From Rhodobacterales bacterium (GTDB lineage: Bacteria > Pseudomonadota > Alphaproteobacteria > Rhodobacterales > Rhodobacteraceae): 49,748 nt of DNA. The translations under genes and the position numbers were made by a program. The notes beneath the pieces are model-generated. The model searched no databases. It saw nothing but the letters and a program-made list of their open reading frames with translations, and was not told the origin of the DNA. This document shows positions 29,493 to 39,026 of this stretch, one piece after another; the stretch's first letter is position 1, and each line of letters begins with the position of its first letter. The stretch is taken from positions 1 through 49,748 of the forward strand of contig JANOQM010000079.1 in the NCBI GenBank assembly GCA_031422295.1, in the 5' to 3' direction.

Positions 29493-30656
29493 TCACAAGC
29501 TGCGCGCGATGCGTTGTATCATGTCGAAATTTCCGCGCTCAACACCCGGTTCTTCAAATCCGGGATCAGCCGAGTTCACTGCGATCACGACATTCAGCAG
29601 CCGGTTGATGTAGATGTATTGTCCGTAAATTCCGATCCCGGTAAATTCAGCAGGATCAAATCCGGGCGGAATCCACCATTGATAGCCATAGCCATATTGG
29701 TCGGGCGTCGTTTTGGCGCTGCGCTGCGTGGCCGTATCAATCCAGTCAGCAGGCACTATCTGCTGCCCCTGCCATTGGCCGCCTTGCGCGATCATTTGCC
29801 CAAAGCGGGCATAGTCCCGGGTGCGCAGGTTCAGACCACCCATCACGAAATCAACCCCGGCCCCGTCTGTCAGGTAATAAGGGGCGGCCTCCAGCCCAAG
29901 CGGGATCATGATTTTCTCGGCCATCAGATCGCGCACTGGTCGCCCGGCGGCACCAGCGATGACCATGCCCAGCACATGCGTGTCAAACGAGTTGTAATGC
30001 CACGCAGCACCCGGGGCGGCGAATTGCTGGTCAAGTCCGGACGCAAAGGTATTCAACGTGCCCCCCAGCGCCAGCACCCGACCCATCCGATTGATATCGG
30101 ACCAGAAATCAAGGTAATCTTCGTCGAATTCCACGCCCGAGGACATTTGCAGCACGTTGCGCAACGTCGCCCCATCATAGGCCGAACCAATCAGTTCGGG
30201 CGCATATTGCGTCACGGGCGCATCGATATTCTCGATAGTGCCGTCGGCCAACAGGATGCCAGTCAGGGCAGACAGAAAGCTTTTTGACAAAGACCAGCTG
30301 ATCCGCAGGTCATCAGGGCCAGTGCCGAGGTAATAGCTTTCATGCACCATCTGCCCGTTTTTCAGGATCACGAGGCCCGTCACCGACCGCGCGGCAATCC
30401 AATCCTGCACGTCAGCGGGCAGGTCATAGGCCGGCCCCTGGGTCAGGGGGCTGACCGGGCCGTCGCCGCGCGACATGGGCGCATTGAAAAACAGGTCATT
30501 CATATGGCTGAAATTCTGGACGATATTGGGCGGGTCAAACAATGTGACAACCCCATATAGCCGGGCAATTTCTGCCCGTTTCCAGACACCGGTCACGGCA
30601 GCCGCAAGCAACAGCGCCAACACGATCCGACCCAGCCATTTCAACGCATTACGCAT
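29493..30656 (-). CDS. Beta-lactamase/transpeptidase-fold serine hydrolase, 387 aa
   Basis: Signal/TM N-terminus. The SLSKSF (S-x-x-K) active-site motif is present. Confidence 0.85.
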   Translation of the reverse strand: MRNALKWLGRIVLALLLAAAVTGVWKRAEIARLYGVVTLFDPPNIVQNFSHMNDLFFNAPMSRGDGPVSPLTQGPAYDLPADVQDWIAARSVTGLVILKNGQMVHESYYLGTGPDDLRISWSLSKSFLSALTGILLADGTIENIDAPVTQYAPELIGSAYDGATLRNVLQMSSGVEFDEDYLDFWSDINRMGRVLALGGTLNTFASGLDQQFAAPGAAWHYNSFDTHVLGMVIAGAAGRPVRDLMAEKIMIPLGLEAAPYYLTDGAGVDFVMGGLNLRTRDYARFGQMIAQGGQWQGQQIVPADWIDTATQRSAKTTPDQYGYGYQWWIPPGFDPAEFTGIGIYGQYIYINRLLNVVIAVNSADPGFEEPGVERGNFDMIQRIARSL

Positions 30657-30716
30657 GATCGCCCCCTTGTCCCGTCACCAGATGAACAGTGCGGCGGTCA
30701 GTCAGGCAAGTCTTAC

Positions 30717-31403
30717 CTAGCGGAATTTGGCAGTCAGTTTTTGCAGCAAGGTACGCGTGTCGGCTGTGGGTTCAGCCGGGGTGGGTTTTACCGCCGGAAT
30801 GGGCACCGGGGCGATTTTGGTGGTGGAAGACCGGGGTGGGGTCAGCCGCAGGGCCACGGCATTCAGGAACTTTGCCCCGTCACCGATGGCAAGTGCCGGC
30901 ACCCCGTCGCTGATCCCGCGCATCAGGTCATCCAGCCAATTGCCATCAGCCTTGGCAAAATCCTTCAGCACATAACCCGGCACTGCATCCTTGTGCCCTG
31001 GATGCCCGACGCCAAGCCGAACCCGGCCATAGCTGTCGCCCAGATGCCCGCTGATCGACCGCAGCCCGTTATGGCCCGCGTGGCCGCCGCCCAGTTTGAC
31101 TTTGATCCGGGCAGGGGCAAGGTCGATCTCGTCATGAAAAACCGTAATGTCGGACAGATCGATTTTGTGAAACCGCGCCGCCTCGGCCACCGATTGGCCC
31201 GACAGGTTCATGAAGGTGCCGGGTTTCAGCAGCAGGACCTTTTCGCCGGCCACCGCCCCTTCGCTCATTTGCCCCTGAAATTTGGACCGCCACGGCCCAA
31301 ACCCATGGTCCACGGCAATCCGATCAACGGCCATAAAGCCGATGTTATGCCGGTTGTGGGCGTATTGCCCGCCCGGATTGCCAAGACCTACCCAAAGTTT
31401 CAT
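30717..31403 (-). CDS. pth: Peptidyl-tRNA hydrolase with a ~40-aa Pro/Ala/Thr-rich C-terminal extension, 228 aa
   Basis: N-terminus MKLWVGLGNPGGQYAHNRHNIGFMAVDRI. The tail reads LRLTPPRSSTTKIAPVPIPAVKPTPAEPTADT... Confidence 0.9.
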   Translation of the reverse strand: MKLWVGLGNPGGQYAHNRHNIGFMAVDRIAVDHGFGPWRSKFQGQMSEGAVAGEKVLLLKPGTFMNLSGQSVAEAARFHKIDLSDITVFHDEIDLAPARIKVKLGGGHAGHNGLRSISGHLGDSYGRVRLGVGHPGHKDAVPGYVLKDFAKADGNWLDDLMRGISDGVPALAIGDGAKFLNAVALRLTPPRSSTTKIAPVPIPAVKPTPAEPTADTRTLLQKLTAKFR

Positions 31404-31412
31404 GGCGCCCTT

Positions 31413-32417
31413 TTAGACGGCGTTTTGCTGGGGCGCCAGATCAGTGACGGGCATGGTCACAACAACGCTGCCCCGCTTGCGCCCGGTATCGACGCGGGCA
31501 TGGGCGGCCACGATCCGGTCCAGCGGGTAGGTGCAGTCGATCAGTGGGGTATAGGTCCCGGCGCGGGCCCAATCGGCCAGAAGCATGAGGTCAGACAGCC
31601 GTTCCGGCCCGGTTCCTGCCATGACCTTGTGCCCGTTTTTGCGCGGCCAAAGTGAGCCGAGCAATTCCGGAAGCCCGCCCGCAATGGGCAGATACCGTCC
31701 GTTCCGGGCCAGCGCGGATTTGGTCGCCGCATAGGTTGTGGCCCCGATGCAATCCATGATGACATCATAGGTCGCGCCGGATGACGTGAAATCCTGCGCG
31801 GTGTAGTCGATCACTGCATCCGCCCCCAATCCGCGAACAAGGTCAAGATTGGCGGTGGAACAGACCCCGGTGACATCCGCCCCCAGCTGTTTAGCAATCT
31901 GCACCGCCGCACTGCCGACCGTGCCAGAGGCCCCCACGATCAGTACCCGCTCGCCCGTTTTGACCTTTGCCTGATCGCGCAGGAAAAACAGTGCGGTGGT
32001 GCCACCGAATGACAAAGCGGCGGCCTGTTCAAAGGACAGATTGTCGGGTTTGATTAGAATATTGCCCGTCTCAATCATGGTTCGATATTCGGCATGGCAG
32101 CGCATCTTAGCGCCCGGAAAGGCAAAGACGGCATCGCCGGATCGGAACCGGGTGACCTTTGCTCCGGTAGCCTCGACCACTCCAGAAAGCTCGGTGCCCA
32201 AAATGGGTTGGCGCGGCCCGGTTATCCCGAAGACCAGCCGGATGATCAAACCAAAGCCCCGTGGAACCTTGGCCGACCGCAGCCGCCAGTCGGCTGAGTT
32301 GACGGTGGTGGCGTGGATGCGGACCAGCACTTCGTTTTCAGTCGGTGACGGCGTTGGCACTTTGGCAATATGAACAACCTCGGGCGGGCCGTAGTGAGTA
32401 TAGACGGCGGCTTTCAT
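31413..32417 (-). CDS. Zinc-type/MDR NAD(P)H-dependent oxidoreductase (quinone oxidoreductase-like), 334 aa
   Basis: I chose the start at 32417 (MKAAVYTHYGPPEVVHIAKVPTPSPTENEVLVRIHATTVN). A GASGTVGSAAVQIAK Rossmann motif is present. Confidence 0.85.
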   Translation of the reverse strand: MKAAVYTHYGPPEVVHIAKVPTPSPTENEVLVRIHATTVNSADWRLRSAKVPRGFGLIIRLVFGITGPRQPILGTELSGVVEATGAKVTRFRSGDAVFAFPGAKMRCHAEYRTMIETGNILIKPDNLSFEQAAALSFGGTTALFFLRDQAKVKTGERVLIVGASGTVGSAAVQIAKQLGADVTGVCSTANLDLVRGLGADAVIDYTAQDFTSSGATYDVIMDCIGATTYAATKSALARNGRYLPIAGGLPELLGSLWPRKNGHKVMAGTGPERLSDLMLLADWARAGTYTPLIDCTYPLDRIVAAHARVDTGRKRGSVVVTMPVTDLAPQQNAV

Positions 32418-33073
32418 ATCATTTCCCTTGTCAATTGCAGCGGGCGTTTGCGAGTCTGGCGCTGGATCAGTGCCTCGGCTACCGCCAGATTGAGAACCCA
32501 TGCAGCAAAGATGGCAAGGGCATTGACCGCGGGCGTGTCAGTCCCGCCGATCAGAATCCAAAATCCAAAGGTCAGCACGGTTGTCCCTGCCCCCAGCCCG
32601 ATGGCATAGCCGCGCATCATCCAGGCCCGGTGGGTCGGGATATCGCGGCGCACTGCGGCAAGTAGGCCCAAGATCAGGCAAAGGATCCAGCCCAGCCCAA
32701 AGGTGACCCGAAAGCCATAGAGCATGTCGGGATTGCCCGGATCGGCCGGAAACGTTTGCGTCATCCAAAGCCCCGCGACGGCGGCAAGGGTGCCCGCGGC
32801 GACAAGAACCCGTCCGATAACCCGGTGCCAACGCGGCCAGCGCTGTCGCAGCGGCGGGTAAAACTGGAACGCCCCCAACAGCAGATATACGGCGCCCCCG
32901 CCCGCATGCAGGTAAATCGCTAGCGGAGCAGCAAGATACCGGGCATTCTCGGCCGTTGGCGCGGGGCCCGATGCGATTTCGGTGACGCGTAATACGCCTG
33001 CGACAATGGGGATGAGGCTAAGCAGGATCAGGGCCGCTGGCGTGGGCCAGTAGCGAGATGTCGAATGGGACAT
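32414..33073 (-). CDS. DUF2306-like polytopic membrane protein, 219 aa
   Basis: I chose the start at 33073 (MSHSTSRYWPTPAALILLSLIPIVAG). It has 5-6 TM helices. Its stop overlaps the downstream gene's start by 4 nt (ATGA). Confidence 0.6.
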   Translation of the reverse strand: MSHSTSRYWPTPAALILLSLIPIVAGVLRVTEIASGPAPTAENARYLAAPLAIYLHAGGGAVYLLLGAFQFYPPLRQRWPRWHRVIGRVLVAAGTLAAVAGLWMTQTFPADPGNPDMLYGFRVTFGLGWILCLILGLLAAVRRDIPTHRAWMMRGYAIGLGAGTTVLTFGFWILIGGTDTPAVNALAIFAAWVLNLAVAEALIQRQTRKRPLQLTREMI

Positions 33074-33108
33074 GGAGTTTTCCTTTAATAACAGGAGTAT
33101 GATCAGAG

Positions 33109-33324
33109 TTAGGTTTGTTCCCAACTAAAGACTTCGGCCAGCGGCACGCCAAAAGCAGCCGCAATCTGGAACGCCAGCTCAAGCGAGGGCGAGTATTTCG
33201 CGGCCTCGATGGCCACGATGGTTTGCCGAGTAACGCCAACCTTTTCGGCAAGGTCTTTTTGCGTCATCTCGCCTGCATCAAACCGCAAGCGGCGGATATT
33301 GTTTGTAATTACGCCTTTGGGCAT
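33109..33324 (-). CDS. XRE-family (Cro/C1-type) HTH transcriptional regulator, 71 aa
   Basis: HTH region: [54 protein letters not shown]. Confidence 0.8.
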   Translation of the reverse strand: MPKGVITNNIRRLRFDAGEMTQKDLAEKVGVTRQTIVAIEAAKYSPSLELAFQIAAAFGVPLAEVFSWEQT

Positions 33325-33327
33325 AAC

Positions 33328-33774
33328 TTAAGCCCCGCGCCAGTAGCTGCGGAACTTGAGCAGATTGACCAGAATGTCAGACGCCACAAATCCACCCAGC
33401 AACAGGTTGATCGCCCAGATTGCGCCCCAGCCTTGCCACAGCGCCAACGCCATGGCGAGGAAACCACAGCCGACCACGGTAAACCCCACCTCGATTGCGC
33501 GGCGTTCAATCGCCTTGTCGCGTTCATCCGTCAGGTCGGCCATTGCTTCCTCGCCATAGATCGCGGCAAGGATCATCGCCAGAATTTGCAAGATGATACC
33601 GATGATGATGGTGGCCCCGATCAGGATCAGGATCGCCAGCCCCAGATGGGACAGGCCCGCATCGCCGGTCAACCGCCCGTCAGCAGTCATACCCTGCATG
33701 TAGGCCAGAAATACCGCATAGATCACGGCAGCGCGAAGCGCTTGGGCAAGGGTGCTGCGTTCGAGCCAAGACAT
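33328..33774 (-). CDS. DUF2975-like membrane protein, 148 aa; the usual partner of small XRE regulators
   Basis: Four TM helices. It lies 3 nt upstream of the XRE gene and in the same orientation. Confidence 0.6.
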   Translation of the reverse strand: MSWLERSTLAQALRAAVIYAVFLAYMQGMTADGRLTGDAGLSHLGLAILILIGATIIIGIILQILAMILAAIYGEEAMADLTDERDKAIERRAIEVGFTVVGCGFLAMALALWQGWGAIWAINLLLGGFVASDILVNLLKFRSYWRGA

Positions 33775-33789
33775 GGCGCGGTCCTTTCG

Positions 33790-33850
33790 GGTGAGTCGGG
33801 TTTTGTTGACTTTATGTATGATAAAACAAACTATATGTAAAGTATTTCAT
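33790..33850 (-). promoter_or_regulatory. AT-rich promoter/operator candidate for the DUF2975-XRE operon, with an imperfect inverted repeat (atgtatgataaaac ... gtatttcatacat)
   Basis: Read directly in the intergenic region upstream of the 33774 start. Confidence 0.3.
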
Positions 33851-33906
33851 ACATGGAGTCATTTAAAACCGTCTTCGCACCTTCATGCGCGCAGTTCCCA
33901 AACGCA

Positions 33907-33935
33907 AACGGGGCCCGCAATGGGGCCCCGTCTGG
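33907..33935 (-). terminator. GC-rich hairpin downstream of rplY (terminator candidate)
   Basis: cggggccc / gggccccg stems around a gcaat loop, followed on the minus strand by tttgcgttt. Confidence 0.4.
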
Positions 33936-33952
33936 TCGTAAATCCAAAGGGA

Positions 33953-34555
33953 TCAGGCGGTTTCTTCGTTATCCGCGGACCGCAGGCCCGACGGGGCCGA
34001 GATGTTGGCGATCACAAAGTTCCGGTCGATGGTCGCGGTCGTGCCCTCGGGCAGGACAACGTCCTCGATGTGGATCACGTCGCCCACTTCTTTGCCGGTC
34101 AGGTCCACGGTGATGTGGTCCGGAATGTCGCCTGCCAAGCAGTTCAGCTCGACTTCGTTGCGCACCACGGTCAGCACACCGCCGCGCTTGATGCCGGGGG
34201 CCAGATCGGGATTGTCAAAGTTCACATGGATGAACAGGTTGATCCTTGTGGTGCGGCGCAGGCGCAGCAGGTCCACATGGGTCGGCAGGTCTTTGACCAC
34301 ATGGCGCTGAACGCCCCGGCAAATGACGCGCACATCTTCTTGGCCATCAACCTTGAGGTTGAACAGCGTCGACAGAAACCGCCCGGCTTTGAGCTTTTTC
34401 ATCAATGCATTATAGGGGATGTTGATAGGCTGCGGGTCAGCGCCGCCGCCATAAACAATGCCTGGTACGTCGCCACGAAGGCGAGCTTGACGGGCGGCCC
34501 CCTTGCCTGTCCCCGTCCGTACCACGGCGTGAAGATCAGGGATCTCACCAGCCAT
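33953..34555 (-). CDS. rplY: 50S ribosomal protein L25 / general stress protein Ctc, 200 aa
   Basis: L25/Ctc fold motifs, for example [26 protein letters not shown], plus the Ctc C-terminal extension. Confidence 0.9.
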   Translation of the reverse strand: MAGEIPDLHAVVRTGTGKGAARQARLRGDVPGIVYGGGADPQPINIPYNALMKKLKAGRFLSTLFNLKVDGQEDVRVICRGVQRHVVKDLPTHVDLLRLRRTTRINLFIHVNFDNPDLAPGIKRGGVLTVVRNEVELNCLAGDIPDHITVDLTGKEVGDVIHIEDVVLPEGTTATIDRNFVIANISAPSGLRSADNEETA

Positions 34556-34811
34556 AGTTTTTCCTTTGAGTAGAGGGGCCGTCCTCCAAGGGTGTACGGC
34601 CCGATGAAGCCGCGCGTATAGGCGGGAATCCTGCGGTTGGAAAGGGGTGAAATCGGGGCCGGGGGTGCGACTGGCCTGGGTTGGAACACTGTCGGACTAT
34701 CGCGCTGAACAGCCTGCAACTTAAGCGCTTTGCGATTGGCCGCTATTGTGCTAAAAATACGAATATTGGAGTCGTTATTTCAACTATTAATTTCAAAGCT
34801 GAGGTTCAATT

Positions 34812-35201
34812 ATGCATTTATTTTCAGCCACTTCGGTAGCTATGGTTATTGCATCCTGTGCGCAGGCTGGGTGGCAATGTCAAAATCCTATAGAAGTCGC
34901 GTGTGGTTATGGCGAATGCGCCGTGTCACAGGCATTCACGCCAATGTCGATGGCCATCGGGTCGGATGGGTCATTTGATGTGTGCGCCTACTCGTACTGC
35001 GCGAGCGATTCTAATCCTACAACGATCATCGCCAACGGATTCTTGTCGGTCTCCAGCAGCAATCTGCAACGCGAAACTGCCGATGGTCAAACCACGGGCG
35101 CAGATACGGCCCTGATCAGCATTGATCTGGCGACGGGCCGGGGCACCGCGATTGCCCATGCTTACCTGCTCCCTATCCTGTGCCACCGCAGTGACAGCTG
35201 A
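34812..35201 (+). CDS. Hypothetical small Cys-rich secreted protein, 129 aa, in an AT-rich patch
   Basis: ORF with a signal-like N-terminus and about 9 Cys residues. The upstream region is AT-rich. Confidence 0.4.
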   Translation: MHLFSATSVAMVIASCAQAGWQCQNPIEVACGYGECAVSQAFTPMSMAIGSDGSFDVCAYSYCASDSNPTTIIANGFLSVSSSNLQRETADGQTTGADTALISIDLATGRGTAIAHAYLLPILCHRSDS

Positions 35202-35228
35202 AAAAAGCTACAATCCGGAGGGATCATT

Positions 35229-35837
35229 ATGTCTGTAATCAATCGACAGTTTTTTTTCGACACAGTCCGCGTCACTTTGTTCGGCGGCAGTCTGAAGCAG
35301 TCGCAAGTTACTGGAATGACGGGTTTTCTGGATCTTTGGGAAGGATCATTTGCTGCAAATGATGACCGCTGGCTGGCGTATATTCTGGGTACCGCACATC
35401 ACGAGGTTGATATGCGGATGCAGCCCATTCACGAATTTGGCGGCAATGCGTATTTTTTCCGGATGTATGATATCAATGGTGACCGGCCGCAGGTCGCCCG
35501 CCGACTGGGCAATCTGACGCCTGGTGACGGCGTTGCCTTTCATGGCCGCGGGTTTGTGCAATTGACCGGGCGCAGCAACTATCAGGATTGGAAAAACCGA
35601 TTGGGTCAGGACCTTATTGGCAACCCTGATCTGGCGTTGCAACTGAACATCGCCACCGAGATCATTTTCAGGGGCATGATGTTAGGAACATTTACGGGCA
35701 AGAAATTGGGCGACTATTTTAACGCCACCACTGATGATTGGATCAATGCCCGCCGCATCGTCAACGGGCTGGACAAAGCCAATCTGATCGCCGGTTATGC
35801 CAAGAAATATTACGCGGCAATTTCCTATACTGTATAG
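35229..35837 (+). CDS. Glycoside hydrolase family 19 (phage-endolysin-type muramidase/chitinase-like), 202 aa
   Basis: HHE...GRGFVQLTGRSNY motif, typical of GH19 lysozyme-like enzymes. Confidence 0.75.
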   Translation: MSVINRQFFFDTVRVTLFGGSLKQSQVTGMTGFLDLWEGSFAANDDRWLAYILGTAHHEVDMRMQPIHEFGGNAYFFRMYDINGDRPQVARRLGNLTPGDGVAFHGRGFVQLTGRSNYQDWKNRLGQDLIGNPDLALQLNIATEIIFRGMMLGTFTGKKLGDYFNATTDDWINARRIVNGLDKANLIAGYAKKYYAAISYTV

Positions 35838-37729
35838 GCTGACCGCAACCAAAGCCGGCCATATGGCGGCACTGTGATCATCCCTTCGGTCAGCTTCAGC
35901 GGCTGGCCCGACAATATGTCAGTGTAGGATTTGCCCGGATCCAGCTTGATCGCCCAAGGTGTGACATGCTGATTGGATTTGGTAAAGTTGAACAGGCAAA
36001 ATACCGCCCCATCGTCGGCCATACGTTCGAAAATGAACAGGCCGGGGTGGCCGATGTCGATAATCCGGGTCGGCACGTCTGACGCCAGCTGCGGGGCGGA
36101 TTTGCGGCAAGCCAGTATCGCCTTGGTCCCAGCATGAATGCGGGCCGCCGGTGTGGTGCCGTTTTTCAGTTCTGCGACGGCGCTCCAATCCATCGCTGGT
36201 CGGTGCATCCAGCGCCCGTCAACTGCGCGCTCGGGGTCGTCCAGATAGCTGTGATCGTTGGTCAGGCCGATCTCATCCCCCATATAAATCAAGGGGATAC
36301 CACCGAAAGAGGCAATCAGCGCATGACCCAGCAGAATCCGTTCTACGGCCAGATCGGTAGAGTTTTGATCGGTGGCTCGTTCCAACCCGGCCAGTGATGC
36401 AAAAGACCCATTTGTCCGCCGGTCGCCAGTTTCTGCATTGGACTGGAAATCAGCCCCTTGGGCAAAACTGTTCGGAAAGCTGCCATTATAAAAATCGGCC
36501 AGAAAATTGCGATGTCCGGGCCCTGACATCGGCGGGACATGGGCTGTGTCCTCTTCAGTAATGGCCCAGCCGATATCGTCGTGGCAGCGGATATACGTGG
36601 CAAAGCAGGCCCGGGTAAACCCTTGGGGAAAGTGGGTTTTCAGCACATGCGTCATTAGCCGTGTATCGCCGGATGCCAGCGAAGACCAAAACTGCACCAT
36701 CAGATTGTTATGATAGGCCAGATGCGCCACTTTGCCGGTATGCGACCCGGTACCCAGATAGGGCACCAGATCGGCCGGCCCGACAATCGCTTCGGCCTTG
36801 TGAATGATCCCGGGGGCAGCGATGCGTGTCGCCTGAACCAAAGCTTGCAGGATATCATGCACTTCGGGCAGATTCTGGCAGCCTGTCCCCATTTTCTTCC
36901 ACATGAAGGCCACCGCATCGAGGCGGAAAATATCAACGCCCTTGTTGGCCAGATGCAGGATCGTATCAACAATGGCCAGAAACACTTCTGGGTTGTCCCA
37001 GTTCAGATCCCATTGGTATTCGTTGAACGTGGTCCAGACCCATTTGCCGATATCGGGATACCAGGTGAAGTTGCCCGGTGCCTGATCGGGAAACACCTCG
37101 ACCATGGTCTTTTCATATTGCAGAGGAATCGTATCCGTGTCGAACATCCGGTAAAATGCGCGGTAAAACGGATCGCCGACTTTGGCCCTTTCTGCCCATT
37201 CATGTTCCTTCGCGGTATGATTCAGGACCATGTCTATGCAAGTTGAAATACTAGATTTACGCAATTCGGTTGTCACGGAAACCAGATCGTCCATCGACCC
37301 AAGGTCCGGGTTGATTGCCCGGTAATCCATCACGGCATAGCCACCGTCACTTTGCCCCGGTCGCGGTTTCAGACAAGGCATCAGATGCACATAAGTTACC
37401 CCTAAGTCTTTGAGGTAATTGATGTGTTTTGGTACATCCGCCAACCTTCCAGCGAATTTATCGATGTAGAACACATAGGCGACCATGTTCTGCGACAGGA
37501 ACCAGTTGGGGTTCAGGTCGCGCTCCAGATCAAGCCTGCGCAGCGGGGCGGACCGGGCCTGCCAGTGGTCCGACAGCACGCTTTGCAATCGGTTCAGCAG
37601 GTCGGGCAGGTTATGGGTTTTGCCATACAGCCGCGACAATGGCCCAGTCAGGTCACGCACCCCGCGTCGCCAACGCAGGTCAAACAACTCTGCATCGTTC
37701 AGCGTGCTACTTGTCACTGATTTAACCAT
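35825..37729 (-). CDS. Amylosucrase-like GH13 alpha-glucan-synthesising sucrose hydrolase, 634 aa
   Basis: GH13 catalytic regions: DMVLNHT, GVDIFRLDAVAFMWK, and the downstream E/D regions. Its length matches amylosucrase. Confidence 0.8.
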   Translation of the reverse strand: MVKSVTSSTLNDAELFDLRWRRGVRDLTGPLSRLYGKTHNLPDLLNRLQSVLSDHWQARSAPLRRLDLERDLNPNWFLSQNMVAYVFYIDKFAGRLADVPKHINYLKDLGVTYVHLMPCLKPRPGQSDGGYAVMDYRAINPDLGSMDDLVSVTTELRKSSISTCIDMVLNHTAKEHEWAERAKVGDPFYRAFYRMFDTDTIPLQYEKTMVEVFPDQAPGNFTWYPDIGKWVWTTFNEYQWDLNWDNPEVFLAIVDTILHLANKGVDIFRLDAVAFMWKKMGTGCQNLPEVHDILQALVQATRIAAPGIIHKAEAIVGPADLVPYLGTGSHTGKVAHLAYHNNLMVQFWSSLASGDTRLMTHVLKTHFPQGFTRACFATYIRCHDDIGWAITEEDTAHVPPMSGPGHRNFLADFYNGSFPNSFAQGADFQSNAETGDRRTNGSFASLAGLERATDQNSTDLAVERILLGHALIASFGGIPLIYMGDEIGLTNDHSYLDDPERAVDGRWMHRPAMDWSAVAELKNGTTPAARIHAGTKAILACRKSAPQLASDVPTRIIDIGHPGLFIFERMADDGAVFCLFNFTKSNQHVTPWAIKLDPGKSYTDILSGQPLKLTEGMITVPPYGRLWLRSAYTV

Positions 37730-37783
37730 AGTTTCCCCGGTTTTCAGCCGACTATGACAAAAGCAGCGGTTCTCGCAAGGGTG

Positions 37784-38959
37784 CTACTGCCAGTCGCCTT
37801 CAAAATCCTTGGGGATCAGCAGGATATCCCGGTTCAGCGTGGTCACGTCGCGCCGCCCGCACAGGGCCATCGTGAAATCCAGTTCCTTGTGAATGACCTC
37901 AAGCGCTGTGGTCACGCCCTTTTCGCCCATCGCACCAAGGCCATAGATATAGGCCCGCCCGATCATCGTGCTTTTTGCCCCCAAAGCCAGCGCTTTCAAA
38001 ACGTCCTGCCCCGAACGGATGCCGCCGTCCATGATGATTTCAATCTGGTCACCAACGGCCGCCACTATGCCGGGCAGGGACCGGATGGATGACAGCGCGC
38101 CATCCAGCTGCCGCCCGCCATGGTTTGATACGATGATCGCATCCGCCCCGACCTTGACCGCCATTTTCGCATCTTCGGGGTCCAAAATCCCTTTGAGAAT
38201 AAAGGTCCCTCCCCATTTTTCTTTCAGTTTTGCAACCTTGCCCCAGTTCAGTTTGGGATCAAACCGCTCGTTTGCCCATTGGCTCAGAGAGCTGATATCG
38301 CCGACAGATTCAGCATGGCCCACGATATTGCGGAACGTCCGGCGGCTTGTGCCGAGCATTCCCAGCCCCCAAGCCCATTTGGTGGACAGGTTTAGAAGGG
38401 TCTTGGGGGTTAGTTTCGGGGGGGTGGACAGGCCGTTTTTCAGGTCTTTGTGTCGCTGCCCCAACAGTTGCAAATCCAGCGTCAGGACCAACGCAGAACA
38501 TCCAGCCTTTTTGGCCCGGGCGATGATGTTATCGGTAAATTCCTCGTCTTGCATGACATATAGCTGAAACCAAAACGGGGCCTTCGTGTTGGCGGCCACG
38601 TCTTCGATCGAACAGATTGACATGGTGGACAAGGTATAGGGCACGCCGAATTTTTCGGCGGCCCTTGCCGCCTTGATCTCGCCATCGGCCGATTGCATGC
38701 CTGCGGACCCGATGGGTGACAGACCGACCGGCATCGATACTGGTTGGCCGACCATGGTGCTGGCAGTTGTCCGGTTTGACATATCCACCGCAACCCGCTG
38801 ACGCAGGCGGATTTTTGCGAAATCATCGGTATTGTCGCGAAAGGTCTGTTCGGTCCAGCTGCCGGACTGGCAATAGTCGTAAAACATCTTTGGCGCGCGG
38901 CGTTTATAGATGACACGCAAGTCGTCGATGCAGGTGATGACGGGCATTTCGAACCTCAT
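37784..38959 (-). CDS. lldD: FMN-dependent alpha-hydroxy-acid dehydrogenase (L-lactate dehydrogenase LldD-like), 391 aa
   Basis: FMN-oxidase motifs: FWFQLY, SNHGGRQLDG and GGIRSGQDV. Confidence 0.85.
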   Translation of the reverse strand: MRFEMPVITCIDDLRVIYKRRAPKMFYDYCQSGSWTEQTFRDNTDDFAKIRLRQRVAVDMSNRTTASTMVGQPVSMPVGLSPIGSAGMQSADGEIKAARAAEKFGVPYTLSTMSICSIEDVAANTKAPFWFQLYVMQDEEFTDNIIARAKKAGCSALVLTLDLQLLGQRHKDLKNGLSTPPKLTPKTLLNLSTKWAWGLGMLGTSRRTFRNIVGHAESVGDISSLSQWANERFDPKLNWGKVAKLKEKWGGTFILKGILDPEDAKMAVKVGADAIIVSNHGGRQLDGALSSIRSLPGIVAAVGDQIEIIMDGGIRSGQDVLKALALGAKSTMIGRAYIYGLGAMGEKGVTTALEVIHKELDFTMALCGRRDVTTLNRDILLIPKDFEGDWQ

Positions 38960-39026
38960 TGACGCTGAACTGGTGAGGTTAGCTTACCAATTCAGGGTTC
39001 CAAGGGCAATGCTTTGCGCCCGTAAT

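Noticed and set aside
33115-34573. Plus-strand ORFs of 241 and 273 aa
   Set aside because: They are antisense to the XRE/DUF2975 genes and to rplY.
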